64,000 nucleotides of DNA from Chrysomallon squamiferum. Its lineage: Eukaryota; Animalia; Mollusca. Every line of letters starts with the position of its first letter. Within the stretch, counting starts at the first letter, position 1. Position numbers and translations under genes: made by a program. The DNA is taken from assembly GCA_012295275.1 (NCBI GenBank), contig CM022673.1, positions 21,142,001 to 21,206,000 of the forward strand, read 5' to 3'. Below the pieces are notes generated by a model, which had not been told where the DNA came from, searched no databases, and saw only the letters and a list, made by a program, of their open reading frames with translations. This document shows, piece after piece, positions 11,145 through 24,200 of this stretch.

Positions 11145-14100
11145 TTATACAATGTTATCTGAACAGGTTTCTAAATGTATATAAGTACTACTACTTTCTA
11201 TATCACTACTATCGATGCTTTCACTGACACTGTCATTCTGAACACATAGCTGGGCATTTATACTGCTTGAGGATGTCTTGTTACTGCATGGTAAGTGCTG
11301 TCCTGCACAATCACCATTGTTCATTTCCTCATCATGTTCACTGCCGTTGTTTGAGAACAAATGAAAATTTTCACTGCAGAAGCCAGAATCATTGACCTCC
11401 ATGTCATCATTGCACTTGTGTTTCTTCATTGGAATCTCCATTGAGTGGCGTTTATTTTTGTTTTCAATTTTCATGGTCAATGTCTTGACAAAACTGAACT
11501 CGCTGGAGATACTGAATTTCGTTGACTCTTTTGCCTCTGAACTGTTATGATCATTCTGTGAAAATTTGCTGTCATTTTCAGACAATTCAAAAGAAATGTC
11601 ACCGGTTTCCATGGAAATATCTTTTTTCTTATCCAAAGGCGCACTGTTAGAACTATCTAATAAAAATTCAACATTCTTCTGATTATTTTCTGTAACAGAA
11701 GATTTTTCCAAAGACTGCGGAACCTCTGCTGGCATTTCATTTGATGTATCTGAGGTGTCCTTATTCTGACAGTGATTATTAGACAACTCCACACTGTGAC
11801 AGCCAGAGCCAGACAACTGATCATTCTGACAGTTCTTGTCTGATATCTCCATGGAAGAAGATGAAGATACTTTAGACAGTGTAGATTTATCTGCTGATGA
11901 GACAGCTGAAACCTCTGAATTGTGACATCGTTTGGTTGTCATCCGAGGTGATGCTTTTGCTATTGATTCTGGACTCTGAGGAAGTGTGCCTGAAGCATCT
12001 GAAATGGAGGGTCTGCGAGAGTAGTTCACCGTTGATTCCAGGTCCTGGGATATCGAAAATGCAGCGTCAGATGGTGAAGGGATGGACGGGACAGTAGCAG
12101 CAATAACACTGGCTTTCAGCCACTCATGTTCAAGGCACTGTCTTGCAGTAAGTCGTTTTCTAAAATTAAAAAATAATAATAATTCTTGCTAAATGTACTT
12201 TAATGTACCTTAAAATTTAAATTACAAATTTCTTATTAAACTTTATGCAGCTCACAAACCATTAAACGTATGCTTCCATAAATTTATATAAATTCTAAAT
12301 TAGTGATATAACAGCTTTACAAAACTATCAGTTAAGCAAATAAAACCAAAATAAATGTAACTAATCATGTCATATTAATCGTTATGCAACTTCAGGTGTG
12401 CAGTGTACAGTCTTGTAACAAAGTTTTAATAGGTGATGTTTAATCTAAATTGAACTACAAACCTGGGGTCTTTGACAAGCAGTCGTTTCATGAAATCCTG
12501 AGCAGCAGGGCTGATATGACCAAACAGTGAGTCTGGGAAATCCAGCTTCACTTGAGATATGTTACAGAAAGTCTCCTGATTGTTGTCCCCAGCAAACGGT
12601 GAACAGGCAGTGAGCATCACATAGGTGAGAGCACCGAGACTCCTGTAAACATAAACACACGTCAAACATATCTACCTGATATAGACTAAAACACTTTATA
12701 GAACATTACAATAGTCCAGTACAGCTTTCAAAACATCATAAACATAACATCTGTCAAAGTATGACACGAAACAAGATATAATTAAAATATTATATACATT
12801 AACATGACACCCATTATTCTATCATCAATGTTCATGCAAATATTGTCTTGAGGACAGAATTTTACAATTTAATAAAAAAAAAAATTTAAACATCTGTTCT
12901 CTAGCTTCAATTATTATTGTTGATTATTATTTGAAGGTATTTTTTTTTCTAGCATTTCTAATTTTCCAAAGTTCTAAGAAGGTGTTTTTTTAACTAATAC
13001 CACCAGATTAATATGAATATAAAGTCTGTTTTTTCTACCTGTCATAAACTTAAAGTTCTTAAAGTACATCATCAGCCATGAGTGAACATACCCACAACCA
13101 CAAAGTGAAACTAACTATGATTCTCAGTAGTGAAACGAAACTGATTTTCTTTAAAACAGAACATCATAATAAAGAAAAATAAATATACATATATTTTGAT
13201 GTTTCTTTTCATTTTTAAATACTTAAAACCATCCAGTTCATATGTTAAGTTTGAGATCTACTAGTCCTTATACTAAAATACAATAATTTTTATTATCATT
13301 TTGCTTATATTGTTATTTCATTTATTTTTATTTTATTACTGTTATTTTATTACATTATTTTATTATATAATTATTATTATATATTTTTTTTAAATTCATT
13401 TTCAGTTTAATTTTGTGATAGGTTTTTATAACTGAAACAATGCCGCGTAAATGATAATGATAATGATAAGGATAAGGATAAGGATAAGGATAATGATAAT
13501 GAAAAAAAAATAATAATAAAATAAAATAAAATAAAATAAAATAAATATGTGACGGCTGTTTCCACTGTTAATAACAATGATAACACTATGAACTCACCAC
13601 ATATCAGTTGCTGTACCGAGAGGTTCATAGTCCAGTACTTCAGGAGCTGAAATCAGTTATAATAAATCATTACCAAACTGTTTTTTACTTTCTGTGTAAG
13701 AGTCTTGAATCACAAGACTTTTGTTTGTTTTTTTGTTAATAACATGGTTTACATGGATATAATTTTAATTTACTAAATGTGGAAAATGCACCTATTAATA
13801 TCTATATATCAAAATGCATTTTACATATTTTACATATATATATAAAGCTGTATAGGTTTTGATAAACTATTATTTTTGTTATCACTGGGTCTGTGTTGTG
13901 CAAAATGTTTAATGTCATAATAAAATTTAGAAAGGGCAGAAAATGAAACCAACAGAAATTTCATAAATTAAAAGGACAGCAAGATGAAGGAGATTCAGTT
14001 TTTGAAATTAAAAAAAAATAAAAATTAAAAAACAAAATGAAGGTTTTTCTTGGAAATGAAAATTGGCTCCTACCAACATAGTCTGGAGTTCCTATGATAT

Positions 14101-17100
14101 CTCTGATGTCTTCTCCAGTGTTTACCAAACAAGCGAAACCCAGATCACAGATTTTAATGTTTCCAGCAGGAAACGGTTCTGTCAGCAGTATATTCTGAGG
14201 CTAAAGAGAAAACAACAATACACACAACATTTATTTAATTGTAAACCACTCATTGATCACTCTTAGTCTGATTAAAACTAACATATTTTTATTCTTTTTT
14301 TTTTAATTAATAAATAAAAAATAATGAAAAAAAAAGGTAAATTAAATATGAAACATAGAGATAAAAAAAAAAGATAAAAAGAGAAAGAAATGTAAAAAAA
14401 CATTTTTGTAAATGACATGCACAGACGCTTGTTTACATAATAAACATACTAAGGAAAGAAAGGGAGTAAGTAAACCTGGAGAAGAAATAAAAGAAACTGA
14501 TAACTGATGAAAATATAAATGTGTCGGTCTGTGCATGTTTGTATGGTGTGAATAGGCACCTGTATTCAGGTATCCTTACATGTCTTTGTCTATCTTCTGT
14601 AAAGGCTATGAATAATTTATTTATTTATTTATTTGACAAGATGCTAAAGACGTGGACTAGAAACAAACCTTTAAGTCTAGATGTACAATGTTTCTTTCAT
14701 GCAGATAGGTGAGTCCTTCGAGTATCTGGATGAGAAAACGGATCACATCATGTTCACGAAATGATTCCTCAATGACACATTCCTGAAACAGCTCTCCGCC
14801 AGCACAGCTGAAATGAATCAATAAATAACTGAATCAGTATATTAGTTACTTTCAAACGTGCACAAACACAAATTCTAATGCAGATATATTCACAAAGTTT
14901 TACATACACACAAATAAAAACTCTCTCTCTCCCTTTCATTCTCTTTTTTATTTTTATATCTCTCCCTCTCTTAGTGGTGAGGGGGGAAAAAAGGAGTAAT
15001 ATTCATTATTAAACTATAAAGATGAAAAAAAAAATTATGTTTTAATTATTTTTTTCAGATTCTAGAAGAAAAATCTTCACACACAATCTTATGTCTCGTG
15101 TAATTAATTTTTCTAATAAACAACATCCGTTAAGGAAACACCATCATTCACCCTGCACTGTTACAGCATAAATCTGTTTTAATGTACAACTTCAGTCTAC
15201 TCTGCCGTGAAGAATCTCTGGACCTATTTGTCATACCAGATCTCCCATCAATTTTTCTAATTTATCAGCTGGAGGATTCTTCATTATCCTAGCAACCACA
15301 CAGAAAGTGCAGTTTCTCAGACAAGCTAATGTTGAAAATCCCTGTCCAGGTGATTTATGATTCCAGAATTTGAATGAACCAAACCAGCTGTATTGATCAG
15401 GCAGCTGACTGGAGGTGGCAGACAGGTAAAACAATCACAGCTGCTCTGTGAGGAATGCTGCTTTCTGTGTGAAACAGTTCAATAAAATACATTTTTGTGA
15501 TGATTCAGCAGCTCATTTTAATTAATTTCTCTTACCATCATGATGAATTATTTTCTGACGATCTGTATTATTTCTTTCATCTTAAGTTTGATTAATCTTT
15601 CAATAAAATTGAAGGGAATGTGATTAAAGAAATCCAGTTTTCAATAATCTTTAAATGATAATTAATATGAAACAGATTTTACTGTTATAATACTAACTTT
15701 TGGCCAGAATAAAGCCTTTTTCTTTTAACTTCACATATTTATCCTAAAGATAATTTTCAAAGAATACAGAGGATTCAATCCACACACACACACGCTGATA
15801 TTTGTGTGTATTAGAAAAATGACTATTTATTTATATTCAACCTGTGTTAGTATTTACATGACCTTGAATGTTCAAACTTAACAGATCTGATTTGATTTAT
15901 TTATTTTATTATTATTTTTTTATTTTTTCAGGAGTAAGAGCATTTCTTCTTTTTTTTTTTTTTTTTTTTTAACTATTTATTTATCTATATATAATGGCTG
16001 TCCAAAGTGTTCAAAGTTACAAACGAGATAACATTTTAATTTACAGTGCGTGCCAGAATACATGATAAAAGCAAAAAGATAAGAATGAGTCATCAGTAAA
16101 AGATAAAACTTTTAAACAGGATATCAGCTGACGTCAAATATAAAAAGTTTAGTAACAGAAGCTGTAATCAAAAGGTTACTGCTGCATAATAATGCCCAAA
16201 GCATTGTCCAAATCTTTTATTTCTTTTATTTTATTATAAATATTATTTATTTATTGATTGATTTACTGATTTATTGATTTTTATTATTATTATTCATTTA
16301 TTTTCTTTTTTTTCAAGTTTTTATTGCAGAATATAAAGTAAAGCTCCAATCATTGCATTTGCAAATTAATTATCCTATTATTATGTTTCTAGCTCTGAAC
16401 TGAAAATAAAAATAAAAACAGCTTAAAAATAAATAAATAAATAAATCTAAAGCATATTCTCAGGGTTAACAGCAATTAAAGGGTTACTCCTACGAGCTAT
16501 TCATATACTCTTCTTCATAAACTAACAGCAATTAAAGGGTTATTCCTATGAGCTATTCATATACTCTTCTTCATAAACTAACAGGAATTAAAGGGTTACT
16601 CCTATGAGCTATTCGTATACTCTTCTTCATAAACTAACAGGAATTAAAGGGTTACTCCTACGAGCTATTTATATACTCTTCTTCATAAACTAACAGGAAT
16701 TAAAGGGTTACTCCTATGAGCTATTCGTATACTCTTCTTCATAAACTAACAGGAATTAAAGGGTTACTCCTACGAGCTATTTATATACTCTTCTTCATAA
16801 ACTAACAGGAATTAAAGGGTTATTCCTACTGACTTGCAGCATCAAAGACACAAAAATACACAATTCTTCTTAGTGACTTGTGAGTGTGTGTGTGTGTGTC
16901 ATTTTGGGTGGGTTTGGGGAGGGGTGTAGATATGAGTGTACAGGTTTATACACAGACACAACAACAATACTCTAAAAGCAACCAGTCTAGCCCCCAGTGA
17001 AATACAAACTGGTGCTACTTGTGGATGTGCTCTGAGGCATATCATGTCACAGCAGGCCTTAAACAAATGTGAATATTATCTCAGAAGAGATTTCATCGTT

Positions 17101-17369
17101 GGGATACCTCTTGCAACAAAAGATTTTAATCTACTCATTGTGTTTGCAGCTACATTCTTTAGCAGCCTAAAGCAAAGGTGTTTATTTGACATACAAAAAT
17201 AAACTTAATAATTTTTTTATTTAATGCTGAAATTGTTATTGACAGCCACGATATTCTTGACATACAAAAATACATTTTTAAATATTTTTCTTTAAAAATT
17301 AAACTAACTCAAAGCAAGTAAATTATGTTTGTTTGTGAATATGTGTATTATAGTGAATGCATGTGTTTA

Positions 17370-17406
<37 letters not shown>

Positions 17407-20400
17407 GACTCAATTATATTTTACCATTTTAGTATCTAGAATAAATAAATATTTTCATGATGGTGACTGTATTAATTTGCTATACTCTATATCATATAAA
17501 CAAATAATAATAATAAACAAATAATAATAATAAACAAACAAATAAATAAATAAATAAATCTCAGATAAAAATGCAGTATTATGACTATTGCTTTATATTA
17601 ATATTAAGTTGTAACTCCACCAAAATTTTATAATCTGATGAGTTACATTTCACATTAATTCATGAAACTTGCTATCTTCAGCAGATTATGCTAGAAACAG
17701 GTGTTAATGAAGTTCATATTATATCTGTCCATCTCTAATAAAACACAACTAATACTATAAAATTAGAGCTCCAAATTACCATTCTCTTGGCAGATACAAA
17801 GTAATTGTTCCAAGTTAAAATTAATAAATAAATAAAATCATATATGGGAAGAATAAATCAGTGAATATTTGACTTTTTATGTAATTAATATTATCATTAT
17901 AACTATATTTTAATAAATCTATTTTTTGGATATTGTCTATTCAAATTAAACACAAAGATTATTTTCCAACCCAGCCAGTGCTCCACTGTTCAGCTATCAG
18001 GCTGTAGTCACTGGTTTCTTGTTGAGTGACTGAGAATGAACCAAACAACTGTCATTCAAATTGCTAAAATGGCAACCATCACAACTACAAGTCTGGTATT
18101 GTTTTTACCATGACTCAGTTGTTATAACGGCTGTATAATTGTTGTTATAAATAGCTGTTGTAATGGGTTCTTCAAAGTCAGTTATTATGCTATAAATTTG
18201 AAGAACCCATTTTTTATTATTATTATTACTACAACCTTCCCCCCTCTTTAAAAATATTCATTTGAAAGTCCATATATTTTGGGCTGCTGGCGAATTTTAT
18301 GTTTTGCAATAAATCTTTTTTAAGGGGGTTCTGCTAATCCATATACTAACGGAAAAAAGAAAGAAAAACAAAAACAAAGAAAATGAAAGAAATAAGAGCA
18401 TTATGTTCCCTGCTTAACTAATAATGGTTCCAAGATAGTTCAGTATTCCAAAGCTCATAAACAGTTTAGGAACATTCTGTTGTAATTCATGCAACCACTG
18501 CTTATAGAAATATAACCATTACCATCTCTGGATATGGATCATTATAAAATAATTATTTATGTGTGGATGAGTTTGATTACTGCTTAATTTATACATCCTT
18601 TTCCACTGCATATATAAACAGAACTGACTGAAAATGTATTAAGCAATGACTGATATTTTTTAACTTAATCTGCTTTTCTGAAAAATCCTATATTTTATTC
18701 CTAAATCTATATATAAAAATAAATAAAAGATATTGTCTGTGAGTTTGTTATTTTTAAAAAAAAAAAGAAAAAAGAATAAAAGATTAAATAAAAATAACTT
18801 AAAATAACTATAAGAATAAGTATTAAAAATAATTAATGAAAACATTTTTTTAAATTATGCTGTATAAATGTGGAAATATTTAACAGTCATTTTTTTGATG
18901 CATTTTAATGTAACATTTAAAATGAATAAATAATAAAAATTATACTTGGACGAGAAACCTGATATTTAACCTGTTCACCAAACACAAAAATAAAAAGAAG
19001 AAGAAAAGAAATAAGGATTGGTGAATGCATCTAGCAATTTATTACCTCCAGTTATAAAAAATTAAAAAGAACCCTTTTGTCCTCAAAGTTTCTATTTGTA
19101 GAGAGGAAATGTCCTATGTATCGTTAAAAATAATGGCTGAACCTATTTTTCTCATACACTGTTGAAGACCTAACACATAAAAACTGTCAGAATGGCATTT
19201 AAAATATATAATTTACAACATATTATAAGAAATACACAAAAATATATTTCTCAATGACCAAAAATATACCTAATAAGGACAGAACTCTATTTACTTGAGT
19301 AAATTACTTATTTAATTGTATGTATATTGGTCAGTTATTTCTTTAGTGTTTAATTGTTGGTTTAGATCATAAAGGACCATATTTGAAATTAGTTTTCGTA
19401 TAAAAAAAAAAACAATAATAAAAACTATTTTATTTTGATCTGTAAGTGACAGTGAAAGCAAAAAGCATGGTCTGCAGCTCTCAAGAGTGAGTTGATAAAT
19501 AAAACATTTAATTTCATTTAGATTTTGTATTAGTTAGGATTGCAGGATATCAGCTTTATCCTGCTCAGGTCAAATGTTGAATGCAGCTTGACATAGCTGT
19601 GCTGCAAATGGATAATTCTGATCATCCCAGGATCAAACTGTAAATTATTCTCTACACAACCCATACTCTGATACTTTTAGGTTAGGTATATGCAATAAGA
19701 AATCAGTCTAGCTAGGTAGGGAGGCAAAATAATCAATATAATAATAACATAATTGAAGAATGAATGTGTGTGTGTATGTTTCTATATATACACACACATA
19801 CATAATTAAAAACTTATACCTTTAGGGTTTGTCCCAGTGTAAAAATAAAAATTATGACTCGTTTTTTTTTTCAATCCCTAGTAGTTTTATATTCAGTGCT
19901 GTGTTAAACACAATATTTATAATAGATTAAATACAGATAGTGCACAAAAAGAAATAAATATGTACAAAGGTGAGGTATAAGATGTTATATTGCTGTCATC
20001 ATGCATGCACTACATTTTATAATTTTTTTTAAGTGCACAGTGATGACTCATGTGATAATCCTTGAACAGGTAGGAAAAAAGTAAAAACATTTACAATGAG
20101 ATCTGTTGATAGATAGTCAGCGGATATTTTTCCCATATATGGGACGGTGCAAATATAAATATCTCTTGCTGACAATTATTATGAGTAGCTCACAGAGGGT
20201 TTCCTTTCTCAAATCATCATTATGCAAGAAAATGGCTGACAAATAATATTAAAATGGAGGTGTGTTCATTCACACATAAAACAAATGCAGAATTTAAAAT
20301 TTTAAAAGTAAATTAATGAAAATATATAAATTGAGTCTAGTTTTATAAATTCAAACATGAAATATGCCAGACTGTCAGATACAGAGTAAATTAATATACA

Positions 20401-21166
20401 TTTTATTTCTATATTTATTTATAAATTTTATGATGAATTAGAACATGATTTTTATGATTTTATTAATATTTACTTATTATTATTACCAAAAAAATCATTT
20501 TATGTTTCAAATATGTATAACACATTTTCACATCATTAAAATTAAATATTGTAATAAAATACGACTTACTATTCAGTAACCAAAATCAGTTCATGTGGTG
20601 ATTCATAAACTTCAAGAAGATCTACCAGACGTGGATGTGCCAACGCTTGCTCCAACATGACAACTTCTCTGAGGATCTCCTCCCTGCACGACTTGCCTTT
20701 TCGACGTTTCTTAATAAACTTCGCAGCAACAACTTCTTTTGTCTCATTATGAATGCATTTCTTGACCACTGCAAATTTTCCCCTGGAAATGAGAAATATA
20801 ATGTACAACCCAGTTTACAACGTGCAGTTGAAAACATGCTGCTAAAACTAATGTCATAGTAATAGTTTAAGAAAAATTTAGTCTTACTTATAACTAAAAA
20901 TAAATATATTGTGCAATTAAACCTTAACAGACCTTGAATCTTATACAATCTAACAAATATTGTGCAATTAAAACTTATCAGACATTGCATCTTAAATACA
21001 AGTTATTCTGTGTGTTACCATAATTTCAACTTACTGTGAAATTATAATAACAACTTATTAGAGTTTATGCCATTCCCAGTAAAACCTATTAGTGTACAAT
21101 TTAACTGCAATTTACACTGCAATATCATTGGAATTTCCTCAATACAAGCCATCAAAATTACAGTTT

Positions 21167-21207
<41 letters not shown>

Positions 21208-24200
21208 GGCATACTAGATTTAAATATTCAACATCCATACACACGTGTTAAGAACCTGATTACTCAATCATGTTATAATATTTTAAAATATCTGTATTAA
21301 TAATGATTATAATGTGTTCATTTCTGTAATTTTATCTGTAATGTATTTATTGTGTTCTAAATGTGATAGTTGTATTACATTTTTCTTACTGGTAAATTAA
21401 AATGGGCAATACTTCCTATTATCATTCTACTAGATACATTTACTAATTAACTGCGCTAACCAATTATATAAATTTACACAAACATTCCAATCTCATAGAC
21501 TTAGACTGAGATACATAACAACAACCTGGTGAAGCCCAAAATAGTTTGCTGGGCCCCAATAAAACAGTTAATTCTCAGAGTATTAATGTGAACATCTTAG
21601 GCAAAATTCTAAGTCCGAGACTCCATAAAAACATCTCATGTTTAGTTAATTTGATATCAGAATATCATATATAGTATTAGGTATATTATGTTTAATTGTA
21701 GATAATTTACATGTAAAAGACCATCATATACATTAAAACTTCCTGCTTATACAATTTTGTTTTTAAAAATTAGTTCTTGCTAATACATTTATTCTGGAAA
21801 AGAATGTCAGAAATTGAGTTGCTGTTCCAGATGACTTTTAAATATTCTGTAAAAAAAAAAAAATAATAATAATAATAATAATAATTCTACATAATTTTGG
21901 AGCAATTGCCTATTGGTTTAAATTTGATCTCTTTCCTTTGCTGTTTTCTTTCTATATTTGTGAGTGTTTTGTGCATGTTAAAAGTATTTAATGTAAGCTC
22001 TAATAAGCACACTTTTTTATTGCATTTTAACTGCTACTCAGATGAGCTAGAAAAAGAAATAACTGATAAAACTTGGGGGGGGGATGTTTTTGTTTATCAA
22101 AGAAAAACTGCGAATTATCAGATCTTGGAAAATAATTAAAGTCATGACTGTACATAATCTTTGGAGGAAAAAAAATGTTAGAAAGGATTTAAAATGTAAA
22201 AACTACCAGTGCATGTATTAAGAGTCCATTTGAAAGTCATTATCTGAAAGAATGTACCTACCTCTAAATCTAATACTGAATAGCAGGTGTTCATTAACAG
22301 GTATACAGAACATACAAAGAAAACAAACATAATAAAATCAGTAAATACATACAATATGTATGGTATAACCTTCCAGTTTAATACTGATTAAATGTCCAAA
22401 AATAACAATTAGGAATTCTTTTCTATTTGTTTTTTTCTTTTTTCATCTTTTTTTTTCTTTATTTTTTCTGTTTTGGGTTGTTGTTGTTTTTTTTAACTAT
22501 TTTGTTTGCTACAAAAATTATACATTATGTCAGTAGTTATAAAAGGAATTTAATTCTAATACTAGAGCAAGTGAATGGCATTAAATAATTACTATTACTG
22601 AACACTGCTGCAGCATGGAAGTGCATACATTTTAGTATTTTTCTGCATGACTATTAACGTGTATTAATGTTTATGTATGTGTAATCATGTATTTGCAAGA
22701 AGCATTATAAATAATACAGTCTGAGAGAAAGCAAAACCCAAGAAATACACAGGAAACAAATACATTTTCTCTTTTCTTTTTCCTTTTAAAAGTAACATTT
22801 CATAGAAATTACTAGGATCTCCACATGACACTTAAATGCAGCTTGAGTGACATTACAATTTGATTTTGGAACCAAAACAATTATAATAAAGACTCAAAAA
22901 ACTGCTCACTGAAGAAAAAAAAAAGTAAGCAATTAAAACACACTCACACAATTACAATCATTTAAAAAAAAAAGTTTAAAAAAAAAATTCTGAAAAATGT
23001 ACGATTTGTTATCACATGCATTTTGTCCAATTTTAAATTCTGGTGACAGTTCATTTCAAGAGATGGTATCTGACTTGGTTTGCAATTACCTTACATACAT
23101 TTACATGCACAGGCTATATAAGCAAAGGGTTGAGTGCAGATAAATTTGGTAGATTTAAGTGTAAAGATTTGCATGGATGTGTTTTTGGATGAGTCACGTC
23201 ATCCCAGTTGTTAGGTTTCACAAAATTAAACATTTTTTAAACTTCTCCGATTAGGTGAAATGCTCAGAAATTAGAGTAATGTTAGAAACAATTTTTACTT
23301 GTGTATTTTAGCTTTGAGGATGAATCATACATTACCACCATTGCCATTGTATTATATTAAAATTTCATTATTATTATTATTTTTGTTTTTCTTTTGTTTT
23401 GCCCTTCCTTGTGATTTTAAGTTTATATTTGCTTTGGATGCCAGGATTTCAGAAAGGGACAATTTAGGACATTTATGTTAAGAAATAATAATAATAAAAA
23501 AAATTAAATGGAAATATTTAAAAGTAGGTATGAGTCACATACTACTACAATTATATAAAGGTGAAAAATCTATTCTGTTTAAAAAATAAATGACTTAAGA
23601 GGTAATATGAATAAAACAAATGCTTTTACAAATACTTGTACAATACTTGTATATATTCTTACAAACTGTATAATTTAGGCTGTTGTTAACTGATCAGTGC
23701 TTTAGAAAATGATCACAAATTTTATATTAAAAATGCTCATTAGTGACTGATATTTACTCCAGCTTTTTACCATAGCTGCAGTTTGAGAGATTAGGAATTA
23801 CTTTAGAATCCTCAGTTTCTACAAAACAAACTAAAAAAAGATTATCTCACACAAGCGGAAACAGACATGGACATAATTAAAGAGCAAGTTACCACAATTT
23901 TCAGCAAAATTACATTTTGCAGTAATTTTTCAAATCATTTATTTTTTAGTAAATTTGAGAAAATTAAAAAAAACTAAAAAAAAAAAACCAAAAAAAAATA
24001 TTTTTAATGATTTTTCATGGGTTTTTTTTTGGATGAGTCATGCTTTTAGTCTGAAAGATTTTTTGGCCTGTTTTAATATCACCAGTATTACGTGTTGCTC
24101 TTGAGAATATTGCTCAAATGAAGTTGATGTAAATGTCAGTTGCTAACTCCAGATGTGCAATAACATCAAGAAATAAAAAATACATAAAAAGATTTTTTAT

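Noticed and set aside
11145-12029. 294-aa Ser-rich ORF as an independent gene
   Set aside because: It is in frame with the end of the kinase domain within one exon (acceptor at 12160-12161).
16467-16829. 56-bp array as CRISPR or telomeric repeat (contains GGGTTA)
   Set aside because: Units are contiguous with no unique spacers, and there is no (TTAGGG)n run.
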